This document shows positions 48,841 through 61,183 of a stretch of DNA of 64,000 nt, one piece after another. This DNA is from Malacoraja senta. Taxonomy: Eukaryota. The translations under genes were made by a program, and so were the position numbers. The DNA is taken from NCBI GenBank assembly GCA_038087875.1, contig CM075996.1, positions 1,054,001 to 1,118,000 on the forward strand. Reading direction: 5' to 3'. Each line of letters starts with the position of its first letter. The stretch's first letter is position 1. The notes below the pieces were generated by a model that made no database searches, had not been told where the DNA came from, and was given only the letters and a program-made list of their open reading frames with translations.

Positions 48841-49670
48841 AAAGGTTCAAAGGTTCATTTATTGTCACATACACCAATTGGTGTAGTGAAATTTGAGTTG
48901 CCATTGCAGCACATTAATAAGAATACAGCATAACATTATAAAGGAATTTAACATTAAACATAAAAAATATCCCCCCACAATGATTCCCACTGTGAGGGAA
49001 GGCACAAAGTCCAGTCCCCATCCCCTTGTCCACCCATAGTCGGGCCTATCAAGGTCGCTGCTACGGTGGCCAGCTGTTTCAGGGTGATGGTGCTCCGGGT
49101 GATGGTGCTCCGGCGTCGGGATAACCCTCTCTGCGGCTTGGGATACCTGGAACGGCCGCTTCCTTACCGGAGACCGCGGCTTCCGAAGCCGACAGGCCGC
49201 GCTGGATGGAGCTCCACCACTGGTGATCTCGGCGAGTGATCCCAGGCTCCGCGATGTCAAAGTCAGTGCCGCCGCGCGTGGCTGGACGCTCCACAGACCC
49301 GCAGTTCTGCGATGTTCAATCGGCGGAGCCAGCACACTCCAGCGTGGCGACCTGGGCAAGGCATCGCCTGCTCCGCGATAGCGCTCCATCACTGTGCTGC
49401 CGCCGAAGCCGTGGTTCTGGCCGGTCCCCTCAGGAAAAGCCGCTCCAGACCCGATGGTAGGCCGCGAGGACGGGTCGAAGATGCTGCTCAGAGGAAAGCC
49501 ACCTCTCCGACCAGGTGGGGACTAGGAAAAGCAGTTTCCCCTTCCCCCACCCCCCACATAAAAAGACTAGACCTCCAAAACAAAACACTATTTTAACATA
49601 CTAAAAATTAAAAAAAGAAGTGAAAAGACGGACAGCTGCAGGCAGGGCAGCCAACTGGACGGCGCCCACC
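48841..49670 (-). mobile_element. Non-autonomous GC-rich retro-element B, related architecture to A
   Basis: Reverse tail aaaggttcaaaggttcatttattgtcaca. Splits the transposase between ...SRIV and QKVSS... Confidence 0.65.
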
Positions 49671-50711
49671 AGAAGGTGTCATCCCACATAGCCCAATGGA
49701 GAAGAACCTATATCTCCTTCCCATCAACTCCCCAGCAAGTTCATGACACACAAAATGCTTTCTACGAGTATTGCTGCGTTCCTGGCGTGATATGGGACAA
49801 TTGATTGCACACACGTCCCAATCAGAAGTCCAGGTGGGGACCTCGCTCAGATGTTTGTCAATCGGAAGGGCAGATATTCTGTGAATGTACAGATAAATGT
49901 AAATGTTAAAATCATTTTATTTCTGAGAAATATTGAATGAAATCCTTTCAAAGATTTCTGAATTCATGGTTTTACATGAGAAAATGTAGTTGTCCAAAAC
50001 AAAATAAATGTCATAGCACCTTTTTTTTCTCTCGATAATTGTAATTTTATCGGCTAGTAACATCAGGAGAAATTCTTTCTCGCTGGCCTCCCAGTTTCCT
50101 TTCCGCTGTTTCTTTTTGTTAGCCATGTTGAAGTTGTCGTGCTTCTGCTATTGCATTGCACATGTGCAGTACAAGCAGACATCGTCACCATGGCAACTAA
50201 AACGCGGTCTAACTTTAGACTCGGCTAAAACCAAAGTCTAAAGTTAGACTCGCCTTAGACTTTAGTCTAACTAAACCTCACTACCAGAATACCAAATTTT
50301 TCTTAAACCGAGCGTTGGGTTTAGTTAGACTGAGCGGCAGGTTTAAGGTGAGGTTAAGGAAAGTCTAACTTTGCAAAGAGTTTAATAGAAAAATCAGTTT
50401 GTGCAAAAAGACCAAAGATAATAAGAAATGTAAATACTAATGTCATCAACACTTCAGTCAAGAGAGAGAGTTAACTGGTGAAAGTTCATTAAAAGAGAAG
50501 AAAGAGGCATTTCACTTTTACTCAAAACCAAAATACTGTATGCCAAAATATTGACAACAGTTGAGTGATTACTAGCAAAAACATTAATCTGTTTTAAGCA
50601 GTTCCCAGGAAATAGTCCTCTGGCCTTGAGACGGACTTGTTGAGACGGACGTAAATGTTGAGACAGACTTGTTACAGTGCTGAAGAGCTTTGCTTTGTTT
50701 TGCATTTCCAG

Positions 50712-50959
50712 ATTAGTGACCAGCCTGCTTCAGATTGCACAGAAGCAGTTTAACACCCTGAAAGAAGCAAACCTTGCAACTGCAGACATGGCATCGCAGT
50801 TCAATGATTTGGAGCGTCTTGTGCGAGGAGAGAAAGTGGTCCTGTGGGCAGATCAAATAAATGTAGAAGAATCTAAAGAGAATCAGCATTCAGAAGTGAC
50901 AGCTCTTGCTACACTCTCTAAGCTACACCAGCTACCTGAGAACCTATTTGAATTTGCCG
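50712..50959 (+). CDS. KIF18B: Coding exon 12 (LVTSLLQIAQKQFNTLKEANL...KVVLWADQ...)
   Basis: TTTCCAG acceptor, phase 2 in, G|GTAAGC donor phase 1. Confidence 0.88.
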
Positions 50960-51464
50960 GTAAGCCTGTTTCCTCCTTGCTTTGTGTCCTGTAGCATATA
51001 AGTTTATACTCTGAGGCAATCACTTGTTTATGTGGGTGCAGAATCTCTTTCCTCAAAACCTACCAACATGGTTAAAACCACTTTTTGCTCAATTGTGGTT
51101 TTTGTCACTATTTGACATGAACTTGTAATTCATTTCCTATAAATTTGTTCAACACATTTAAATGAGCATTTACTTCTGTGTTTATCAATTTTATCTCAAA
51201 CAGTCAGCTCAAATGTCGGAAGTACTGCTTCTTGTGTTTTTTAAGAGGGTACGTCACCCTTCAGGCCATGCATTCACTCGTGTCCACCTCAACCCCACTA
51301 ATCATGAATTCACAATACTTGCCAGGGGAATTTTACACTTCTCACACTAAACTGGACAGATTATGCTTCAATTCATGGTCTATATTAATTCCTAGCGTTT
51401 GGATAGGGCAAGAAGCCAAAGTTCATATTTCTAATTTAAAGTTTATTTATTGGATTTGAGCATA

Positions 51465-51793
51465 GGGCGGCACGGTGACGCAGCGGTAGAGTTGCTACCT
51501 TAAAGTGCCACCGTGCTGCCCTATTCTCAGGATTTGATCCTGACTACGGGTGCTGTCTGCACAGTATTTGTATGTTCTCCCCGTGACCTGCGTGGCTTTT
51601 CTCCGAGATCTTCGGTTTCCTCCCACACTCCAAAGACATACAGGTTTGTAGGTTAATTGGCTTGGTATAAATGTAAATTGTCCCAAGTGTATGTAGGGTA
51701 GTGTTAATGTGCAAGGATCGCTGGTCGGTGTGGGCTGGGTGGGCTGAAGGGCCTGTTTCTGCACTGTATCTCTAAACTAACCCAAACTGAAAC
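51465..51793 (+). mobile_element. HE1-like tRNA-derived V-SINE
   Basis: Head ggcggcacggtgacgcagcggtagag, core ttcggtttcctcccacactccaaagac, tail gggcctgtttc...(ctaaa)n. Confidence 0.88.
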
Positions 51794-53699
51794 TCAATAA
51801 CTGTGTGTTTTGATAAATACATACCTGCCCTATTAATCATAGTGAGCTTGGAGGTGTGTGCATCAGTGCACGGCAGGTCTCGTGCTGTGACAGCTTACTG
51901 TAATCACAGGCGAGGCTTTCTTTTCAAGTTGTTCACTTTTGTGGGTTCTGTGTTTGCATAACAAATCTGTGAGGGCCAACATTACTCTGAAAAGCAAATT
52001 GGATCTCATTTAGAAGTGGGAAATCTGTTTTCTGTTAAACAGGGATACCTTGTCCAGAGTAGGCTCATAATATTTGAAAGGATTAACAACGTTGAGGTAA
52101 TTATTTAGCTAAGAATCTAGATCCATCAAATCCATAACCTGACAGCAGGAGAGTTTTAACTGCAATAATTTAGGCTGGTACTAGGCCTGGGCATGCAATA
52201 CAATAACACATAATTGCATGATTTTAATAACACACTTTTAATTTTCAATCGCTGCTCTGTACAAATTGTACTAGCAACGTTAAGAAAACTGCCTGATTTA
52301 TTTAACTGTTTACTGCAACCTATAACAATATTGACATTAAGTTTATTAATACTGAAAGGAGTTTTTTTTGATAATGATTTAATACTGGAAGGAGACGGGC
52401 GAGTACATTGCTCCAATCTCCAAGTTTTACCTACTCCAATTTGGAGACTGGTGCCATTTAATGTTCAAACAAATGGAACACATTTATATTGTTGGTTTCC
52501 TCCCCCATGACTTTTTACAGCTGGGATGGGAAACCAATGATATGTTGATCTTCGAGGAGGACGTTGCTTGTGTGTCTCTATTGTACATTGGCTAGAGGCA
52601 GAAACATTTCAGGCCAATATAAATTTGACAGTTAAGCTTTCATCTTATTTATCTAATTTTTCTGTAAATGAACATGTATGGTGAATAGTCCCGAGAATGA
52701 CACTTTATAATTAGAGAGAGAGTCATACAGCATGGAAACTGACATTTGGCCCAACTCATCCAAATTGCCCCATCTAAGATAGTTTTGTTGCCTGCATTTG
52801 TCCCATGTCTCCCTAAACCTTTCCTGTCCAAATATATTTTAAATATTGTTATTGTACCTTTCTCAACTATTTATTCTGACACCTTCCTTTCCTATCACAT
52901 TGAATAATCTTAATTCTCAATTGCTCCACCCATCCCCTCCCAGCCTCTGGTGCTATCTCCATCCTTTCCTCCCACACCTGACTCCATCTGCTAATCAGCT
53001 GCTCTTCACCTGGATGCAGCTATTACTTGCCATCCTTCACATTTTATACCGTCTCTCTCCCACTATTCTTTCAGTCCAGAGAGAGGGGCACAACCCAAAA
53101 CCCTGACAGTCTATTTCCCTCCACAGATGCTGCCTCTCCTGATGAGTTCTTCCAGCAATGTGTTTTTTGTAGATTGATCATCTTTGCAGATCATTGAAAG
53201 ATTTTTGAACAAACTTCCTGGGGAATTGAACACTGAAATAATAAAATTGTTTACAACCAGCAATTACAGAAGATACTAAAAAGCATGAAATTAACTGAGC
53301 ACTGCTTCATGATGTTCTACTCCTTACTATGTAGGGGGTCGGAGGCAGCAGTGCAGGAGCACATGGATGTTCCTGGAATCTAATTGCAACAATATGCTAT
53401 GTTTACAGTTTTGATTAGATCTTATGAACATACCATAACCTTCAACCAATAATCAGTGCAAACGCTTTCCTAGTTCATTATGAAACACTTACCAAAACTA
53501 TACATCACGATCAGTTATCATTGTTGCTATAATTTTCTGAAGATCTTCAACACACAAGAATAGGTTTGTAGATGATCTTTCATCACATGTAGATAGAAAA
53601 GCGGATTTACTACCAGTATTGTTGTACGATCCGAGACTAGGCTTTCTTTTATCAACCATGTATGGGGATAACTGCTTTCTACTACTCCCACTGCTCCCG

Positions 53700-54010
53700 C
53701 TAGTGGGAGAGCCTCGGATCAGAGGACATAGCCTCAAAATAAAAGGACGTACTTTTAGAATAGATAAGAAGGAATTTCTTTAGTCAGAGTGGTGAATCTG
53801 TGGAATTAATTGCCACAGATGGCTGTGGAGGCCATGTGAGTGGATATTTTTAAGGTAGAGATTAGCAGATTCTTGATTACTAAGGGTGTTTGAGGTTATG
53901 GGGCGAAGGCAGGAGAATGGGGTTGAGAGGGAAAGATAGATCAGGCATGATTGAATGGCGGAGTTGACTTGATGGGCTGAATGGCCTAATTCTGCTCCAA
54001 GTACTTATTA
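53700..54010 (+). mobile_element. CR1 3' end fragment
   Basis: agaggacatagcctc...gtggtgaatctgtggaat...gggctgaatggcctaattctgctcc. Confidence 0.8.
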
Positions 54011-54939
54011 ACTTGCAGATGCTGTCTGATCTGTTTGGTATGTCCCATGTTTATTCAGTCTCTGTTGCAAATGAAGGTGGGTACCCCTGCATAATACTGT
54101 CTAAACCCGAGCATCTATTAATAGTTGGCGCTCAGCACAGTAACCACACCAGCATTACAATCTGGCACTTTGGAGAGATGGCATGATATCAGAATAAATT
54201 GATTTAAAAGAGATATTTACAGCTCCATAGATCTATACAGCATTGTATTAACAAAGGTGACGAGTATCATTAGTTATGTTTTAAAGCAAAGAATCAGAAG
54301 TGCATTACCCGAGTGTATCTTCTGACTATTTTACAGTAAAAAAATTGGCTTTTTTGTTGTTGTCCCCTTCCAAATGCATAGTCCTCTTTTTGTTCATAAA
54401 TTTGTCATGAATGCGCTATACCCAGCGGTTAGTGTTGATAATGACACAAACATTTTTGCCTCTGGCACCCAAACAAGATTAAGTTATAATCTTTGTACTA
54501 AATGTACATAGTATATTTTTAAAAGACTCTTGTGCTAACTGATCTATTTGTTTGTAATTTTAAATACTAATTCCAGGTGGTGATGGAAATATTTTTCAAA
54601 TATAAAAAATATAGTTGTCAGTATGTTATAATAGTTTAGTTCAATGAGTCCTCGGTGCTGGTATGTGTACTTGGATCCAACAGAGACATTTTTAAGCACA
54701 TTCCTGCCTCCTTGCTGTAAATGTAAACCACCTGGGGCATTATTAGCCCAGTTCCAAATATGTGCAGATTAGAGACTGCAACTAATCAGGGGATTAGGCA
54801 ATGGGAAATGTTCCTTTTCAATACTCTTTGAGTCTTAAGAGTAGTTAGCATTGTTTCAGGTCAGGTATGACATTATCAGTGTAAAGAGTCAAATTCCTCA
54901 TTCACTCTTCACCCGTTCCTTCACCCACTGCCTTAGACT

Positions 54940-55425
54940 CCAGCTTGAAGCACTGCGGTGGGACTGACCAACCGGAGTAAATGGTATCTTCAGGAGATGT
55001 TTAGTGCTGTTGGGGATCTTTTGCTTCTGACTTCTCGAGTAGAAGTAAAAGATCCCACAACACTAAGGGCGGAAGGTGGTGAAACTACAAATTGTCCCTA
55101 GTGTGTGTAGGATAGTGCAAATGTGTGGGGATCGCAGGTCGGCGTGGATTTGGTGGGCCGAATGGCCTGTTTCCACGCTGTATCTCGAAAAAGTAAAAAT
55201 CTAAAACGATCTGGAAAAATTGCTGGGGGAGTTCTTGGTGTCCTGAACAAAACTTATTCTGCCTTCAGGATCAACAAGTCTGATCATCAGGACACTATCT
55301 CGTTGGCTTTGTATAAATCAGGCACTGTTTCCTGCATTAATCAATCCAAAGAACTTCTAAAATTACTTCCTGGGTGCAAAATGTTTTGTGTCGTTTACTG
55401 GTTATGTAAATGCAAGTTTTCTTTC
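54940..55425 (+). mobile_element. Old DeuSINE-like element interrupted by an HE1 SINE 3' fragment (~55087-55203)
   Basis: gtaaaagatcccacaacacta...ggggagttcttggtgtcctg is Deu-domain-like. Confidence 0.55.
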
Positions 55426-56403
55426 TCCTTTTTGGGTCTGAGTTTGAACTTGTCCAAATTCAGTTTATTTTTGCTGAATTTGTTTGAAGTGTAAAAGTCC
55501 TCGATCCAAAGCTCTGCATCATTGATTCGGAGGAAATGCTGTGCGGGTAAACGTTTAGTCAAGTAAAATAAGGAAATTGCAGTTCAATTTCAAGGAAACA
55601 AAGAGCTTCACATTTCACCAAATCCCATTGATTTTAAATATGGAATGATCTCTATGATTTCCGTGATGGTTAATTACAAAGAAAACTATCATTTACTATA
55701 TAAGCATGTCATTAAATAATAAATTCACAAGACCTTGTGCATGGGTGTAATTGCCATTTTAAGCTGCTCTCATGTATCAATGAAATGTAATATAACAGCA
55801 TGTTTTCGGTGGGGGTTATAACCAAAGAAGTGGTAAAATGGTTCTGTGTTCTGATCTGGTGAAACACTCCTTTATGAAACATGTTGATCTGTGTAATCAT
55901 GAATGGCTTTTTTGGTTAGGTAGTCATTGTGGACGATAGGTAAAATGTTTGTTTATAAAGTAGCTTTGGTGACCCATCATGAGTTGTATGGTACATCATT
56001 ATTGGAGTACAGCAAATGTGGCAACCCATTTAAGCACGGCAAGCTCCCACAGACGCCAAGATCATTAAGGCCCTGTCATCTGTTGAGGTGACATTGATCG
56101 AGAAATTGGCATTATCCAGACCCTGGCCTCCCAACGAACAGTGGATTTCTCCTTCTAGTAGAGGCTGATCTACCTCTGGTCTCATTGTCTCTCCTGTACC
56201 AGTTCTCCATAATCTCAAAAATCCATCCACTTTCTCTTTAAATATTTCCAATGATCTTGCCTCCACAACCTTCTGAGTTGAGAATCACTGCTCTCTATAG
56301 GTTTGCATCCTCTGTATCTCGGACCATGTCTGAAATTTGTGGAAACTTCTCCCCTATTGTGCTCACTCAGGAGCTGATATGTTTCAATGAGAAACGGCGG
56401 TAC

Positions 56404-56702
56404 AGTGGCACAGCGGGTAGAGCTGCTGCCTTACAGCACCAGAGACCCGGGTTCAATCCTGACTATGGGTGCTGTCTGTATGGAGTTTATACATTCTCCC
56501 TGTGACCATGTGGGGTTTCTCCGGGCCCTCCAGTTTCCTCCCACACTCCAAAAACATACAGGTTTATAGGTTAATTGGCTTTGTTAAAATTGTAACTTGT
56601 CCCTGGTGTGTAGGATAGTGTTAGCATACAGGTGGTCACTGCTTGGCATGGACTCAGTCGGCCGAAGGGCCTGTTTCTGCGCTGTATCTCTAAAGTCTAA
56701 AT
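56404..56702 (+). mobile_element. HE1-like V-SINE
   Basis: Same head, core and tail as the 51465 copy. Confidence 0.85.
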
Positions 56703-58947
56703 AATATATCCTTCCAAAGTCCAGAGAATACAGATCTCTTTAGCTGTTCATGACAGGACGGTCCACGTATCCCAGGGATGAGTCTGGCGTATACCATTGG
56801 GTATGTGACAAGTGCCACTAGGACCTTTCTTTATTAAGACCAAACTTCTGCACAATACTCCAGGTGTGGCCTCATCAATACCTTGCACCATTGTAACAGC
56901 ACTTCCCTATTTCTCAACTCCAATACTATTGCAATAAAGACCAACGTGTCATTTGCCTTTTTACCTACTAGCTACATCTGCCTGTTAGCTTTTTGTGATT
57001 TCTGTACAAAAACATCCAAATCTCTCTACATTCTGCCCATCTGCAATCTTTCTCCATTTAGACAATAGTCTGCTTCAGTTTTCCTTTCTTAACATGCATA
57101 ACTTCACACATTCCCACATTGAGCTCCATGAGCCAAACTTTCACCCACTCACTCAACCTATATGTAGCCTGTAGCGGAGTCCAAATATCCTCACCACAAC
57201 ATGCTGTCCCACCTGTTTCCGTCAGACTCTGCCTCCTCCTTCACATTGTGAACAAGTGAGAGCCAAGAGCTGATCCTAAGGATGTTCCACCAATTGCACC
57301 CTCCCTGCCTGGAAAAGGGCCATGGATTTTGGCTCTGCTGCATGATAACAAATCTTTATTCCATGCTGATGCCAGAAGCTTTTACCTTCTGCACCAGCCT
57401 CTTGTGTGGCACCTCATCAAAAGCCTCTGGATATGTGACCTGCTACACGTCCTCATGGTTTTGTACCTGTTTAAATTGTAAAGATTATGCTGCCCTAACA
57501 GTTAAGCAGAGGGTTGAAAGTTTGCACTGTACGTTCAATATGCTTGGACAACCGAGAAATGCTTTGAACTGTTTCATTTCATTCATTTGCAGTAAATTAA
57601 ATATTATAAATGAAATAGTTCTCAAAACATTTCTCTACAGTCCAAGCTTGTTGAACGTACAGTGCAATCTTTCAACCCTTTGCTTTCAACAATATCTTTG
57701 CTAAGACCTATCGCGAAGTTCCTGCCCCTTAAGAAGTTTGTCTTGTTAGCTATGACACACTTAGCAACATTCATGTGTTTAGTAATTATGATTAAAGGTC
57801 TCGAAGTAGCAGGCAAGTTCCACGTAATTCAGCAGATCAGAGTAGGAAGATTGGAATGAACTGGTTGTACGACATTTGCAGACTTGCAAAGTGAAAACCC
57901 CAACAGCCTTTATTTTTACTGTGGTGGGGGGGAGGGGGTGTGGGTGTGGGGAGTAGGGTGGGTGTGGGGGGAGGGGGGTGGGGGGGATGGTGGGGGGGGG
58001 AGAGGGCGGGCGCGTGCGTGCATTTCTGACCAGGCATACGTTAAAAATGTGTCCCGTGCATTGAAGGAACACTCACCAAAGGTCACAGCCATGGCTTGTA
58101 GCGCACTCTGAATAATCTGCCCTCTTACTTTCCTATTTCCTTTTCTCATTACTCGTTCCCTTTTCTCTTCTCTACCTTCGGGGAGGAGATACAGGAGCTA
58201 GAAAGCTTGAATGTCCACACTTAATTTCAGCATCTTCCTCACTGCCATCCGATTCCTGCACCAATTTAAGTCAATCAGGCTTAATCCCAGACTTAACAGT
58301 TTCCAGTGTCCTTTTAAAGTTAGTGCAATTAGATGTGACTCAAATGCCAAAAAAATTATCAGCACTTCATGAAGACCACAAACACATTTTTACTGTGAGT
58401 CTTTGTGGTTGTATCAGGGAATGTTATGCAGAAGTAATTCATCCCACTAAACAACAATCTGAAATATTGTTTAGTGTTTTCTAGGTTTAGTATTGGCAGC
58501 AAACAGCTGTCTGCAACTGCAAGTATCCCTCGACATTATGAATTATGCTATGATCTCATGTGGACTGTTGCAAACATTTCCAATGTCAAGTAATACCACA
58601 AAATCAGCCACAGATTCATGAAACAAACATCATCTAAATATAAAATTAACTTTTTAAACCAGTTACCCTTCTATAAAACGAGCCAAGTCCTTCAACATTG
58701 CAGTTCCATTGGTTCTGGCAACTGTGCTCTTCATGTACAGCCCCTGATATGGGAGCAGGAGCGGTCCATAAACCCCGGCTCCTGCACAGCCATTGAATGT
58801 GCACAGCATCAACCTTATGCCCAGGCATAGGTTATATTTGTTATTTGTCCTCGTCTTCTTTCTTGCCAATGATTGAAGGAAATGACCTACCTCATCTTTC
58901 AATACACCCAATCATTGAATCGCCCAGAACAGACAACTCCAAAGATT

Positions 58948-59906
58948 GCCGCATCTGCACCCAGGATGAGGTGTTCCACACCAGGGCATCGGAGATGTCC
59001 TAATTCTTCAGGGAACGGGGGTTCCCCTCCTCTACCATAGATGAGGCTCTCACTAGGGTATCTTCTATACCCCGTGACTCTACTCTCACTCCCCATCCCC
59101 CCCACTCGTAACAAGGGCAGAGTCCCCCTTGTACTCGCCTTCCACCCTACCAGCCATCACATACAACAAATAATCCTCCGTCATTTTCGCCACCTCCAAC
59201 ATGACCCCACCACTTGCCACATCTTCCCATCTCCCCAGTCTGCTTTCCGCAGAGACCGCTCCCTCCGTAACTCCCTGGTTAATTCCTCTCTTCTCACCTG
59301 AACCACACCCTCTCCGGGCACTTTCTTTTGCAACCGCAAGAAATGCTACACTTGTAGCTTTACCTTCCCCCTTGACTCCATTCAAGGACCCAAGCAGTCT
59401 TTCCAGGTGCGGCAGAGGTTCACCTGCACCTCCTCCAACCTCATCTATTGCATCCGCTGCTCTAGATGTCAGCTGCTCTACATCGGTGAAACCAAGCGTA
59501 GGCTTGGTGATCGCTTCGCCGAACACCTCCGCTCGGTTCGCAGTAACCAACCTGATCTCCCGGTGGCTCAGCACTTCAACTCCCCCTCCCATTCCGAATC
59601 TGACCTTTCTGTCCTCGGCCTCCTCCATGGCCAGAGTGAGGACCACCGTAAATTGGAGGAGCAGCACCTCCTATTTCACTTGGGCAGTGTGCACCCCAGC
59701 GGTATGAACATTGACCTCTAATTTCAGGTAGTCCTTACTTTGTCCTCCCCTTCTCAGCTCTCCCTCAGCCTTCTGGCTCCACCTCTTCTTTTCTTCTCCC
59801 CCTCCATCACATCAGTCTGAAGAAGGGTTTCGGCCCGAAACGTTGCCTATTTCCTTCGCTCCATAGATGCTGCCTCACCCGCTGAGTTTCTCCAGCATTT
59901 TTGTCT
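58948..59906 (+). mobile_element. Penelope-like element (Neptune-type) 3' remnant: RT C-terminus, Cys linker, GIY-YIG endonuclease, terminal repeat
   Basis: CNRKKCYTC linker; NLIYCIRCSRCQLLYIGETKRRLGDRFAEH; TSD aactccaaagatt/aactccaaggatt at 58935-58947 and 59907-59919. Confidence 0.92.
59817..59844 (+). ncRNA. Minimal hammerhead ribozyme core in the Penelope terminal repeat
   Basis: CTGAAGA-A-GGGT-TTCG-GCCC-GAAAC-GTT. Confidence 0.6.
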
Positions 59907-60058
59907 AACTCCAAGGATTCATAGTCATTGGGAAGAGATTTCACGTCATTCCAATCATCCATTGTCTCTCACAATGAAGCATTCACGTCCTTTGCATTTG
60001 GCTCTCCTTCCAAAGCAGGCATTCTCAGTATCTATCCAGCCAAACGTCATGGTAATCT

Positions 60059-60155
60059 AAGGTACATAAAAATGCTGGAGAAACTCAGCGGGTGCAGCAG
60101 CATCTATGGAGCAAAGGAAATAGGCAACGTTTCAGGCCGAAACCCTTCTTCAGAC
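60059..60155 (-). mobile_element. Penelope-tail mini-insertion with 11-bp TSD
   Basis: TSD catggtaatct at 60048-60058 and 60156-60166. Confidence 0.85.
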
Positions 60156-61183
60156 CATGGTAATCTGATCTTTCAAGGGCTCACCTTTCAAGTGGCAGAG
60201 TATATTGACCAAATCTGTTAGCTCCTTGAGCAATTAGACAAGGAGTGACAAGAACGCTTGTGGCCTTGGAACAAGCCACAACTCATTTGTTGCATTTCCA
60301 TTCAGAGCAGGTATGGAATTTGGGATTTGACAAGTTTTAATCAGGTTAGGCTACCAAGAAATTGAAATAAATGCCAATCGAATACAGCGATTAGCCAAAG
60401 GAAAAACTAGTGGATGTTGGAAATCTGAAATATAACTGAAAATGTTTGAAATACTCAAAGTTTAGGCAACTTCTGTGGAGAAAGAAGCAAAATTACTGGT
60501 TCAAGTCCATGAAATATCAGATGAAGGGTCGTCAAAATGAAATGTAATTTCAGTTTCTCTCTTTGGTTTGATTAAATGTTGCAGGAATCACTGTTTTAAT
60601 CCTGTCCTGTTTGATTTTATTTAGATTGTTGGAATCCCAATATGTAAAACAAAACCGGCTAGTGTATGGTTGAGCTGAACAATCCCACAGATTAAGCCCA
60701 GGAGAAATCTTGGTAATGATAGTACTATATAAAGTCAAACATGGCCAAATGGGACTAGCTTGGGTAGGATAGCTTGGTCGTGATAGACAAGTTTGGCCGA
60801 AGGGCCTGTTTCTGTGTTCTATAACTCTCTGACTAAAATAATATCTTGGAATCATACAGCACAGAAACTGGCCCTTCGGCCCAACTTGCCCAAGTCAAGA
60901 TGCCCTATCCACACTAGTCCCACCTGCCTATGTGATAGTACCTGCCTCAACTGCCTCCTCTGCCCTCTGGCAAATACATCTTCCTGTTTTATTTCATGCA
61001 ATCTTCTTCTTGCGTATGACATGCACAGCCTAAAGTTGGGTAGACCTGTTTGTAATGTTTGTGCACGTCGGGTTGATTACATCAGTTGAAACGGGGTGGA
61101 CCACGTGAAGGTTGCAATCTTCCACCCCCAATCTTCCTGTTTTATTTCATGCAATGTCTTACTTTTATCCTTCTCTCTCCTAG

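Larger units (their letters stand above)
47498..50390. mobile_element. PIF/Harbinger transposon fossil (transposase + Myb/SANT remnants) with nested insertions
   Basis: + strand GTFQRMHGDDAGLSQPSMSRIV (48774-48839) and GTIDCTHVPIRSP...VNRKGRYSVNVQ (49794-49892). - strand MANKKKQRKGNWEASEKEFLL (from 50126). TTAGACT/AGTCTAA subterminal repeats. The right TIR is clipped. Confidence 0.85.

Noticed and set aside
47804-49596. Cluster of 70-175-aa ORFs, and a possible HDV-like ribozyme around CCG-TCCTCG-CGG (minus strand, ~49455-49475)
   Set aside because: The ORFs reflect GC richness. I could not find a P2 partner strand to complete the HDV double pseudoknot.
51465-51550. tRNA gene
   Set aside because: It is the tRNA-derived head of a multi-copy SINE, with no complete cloverleaf.
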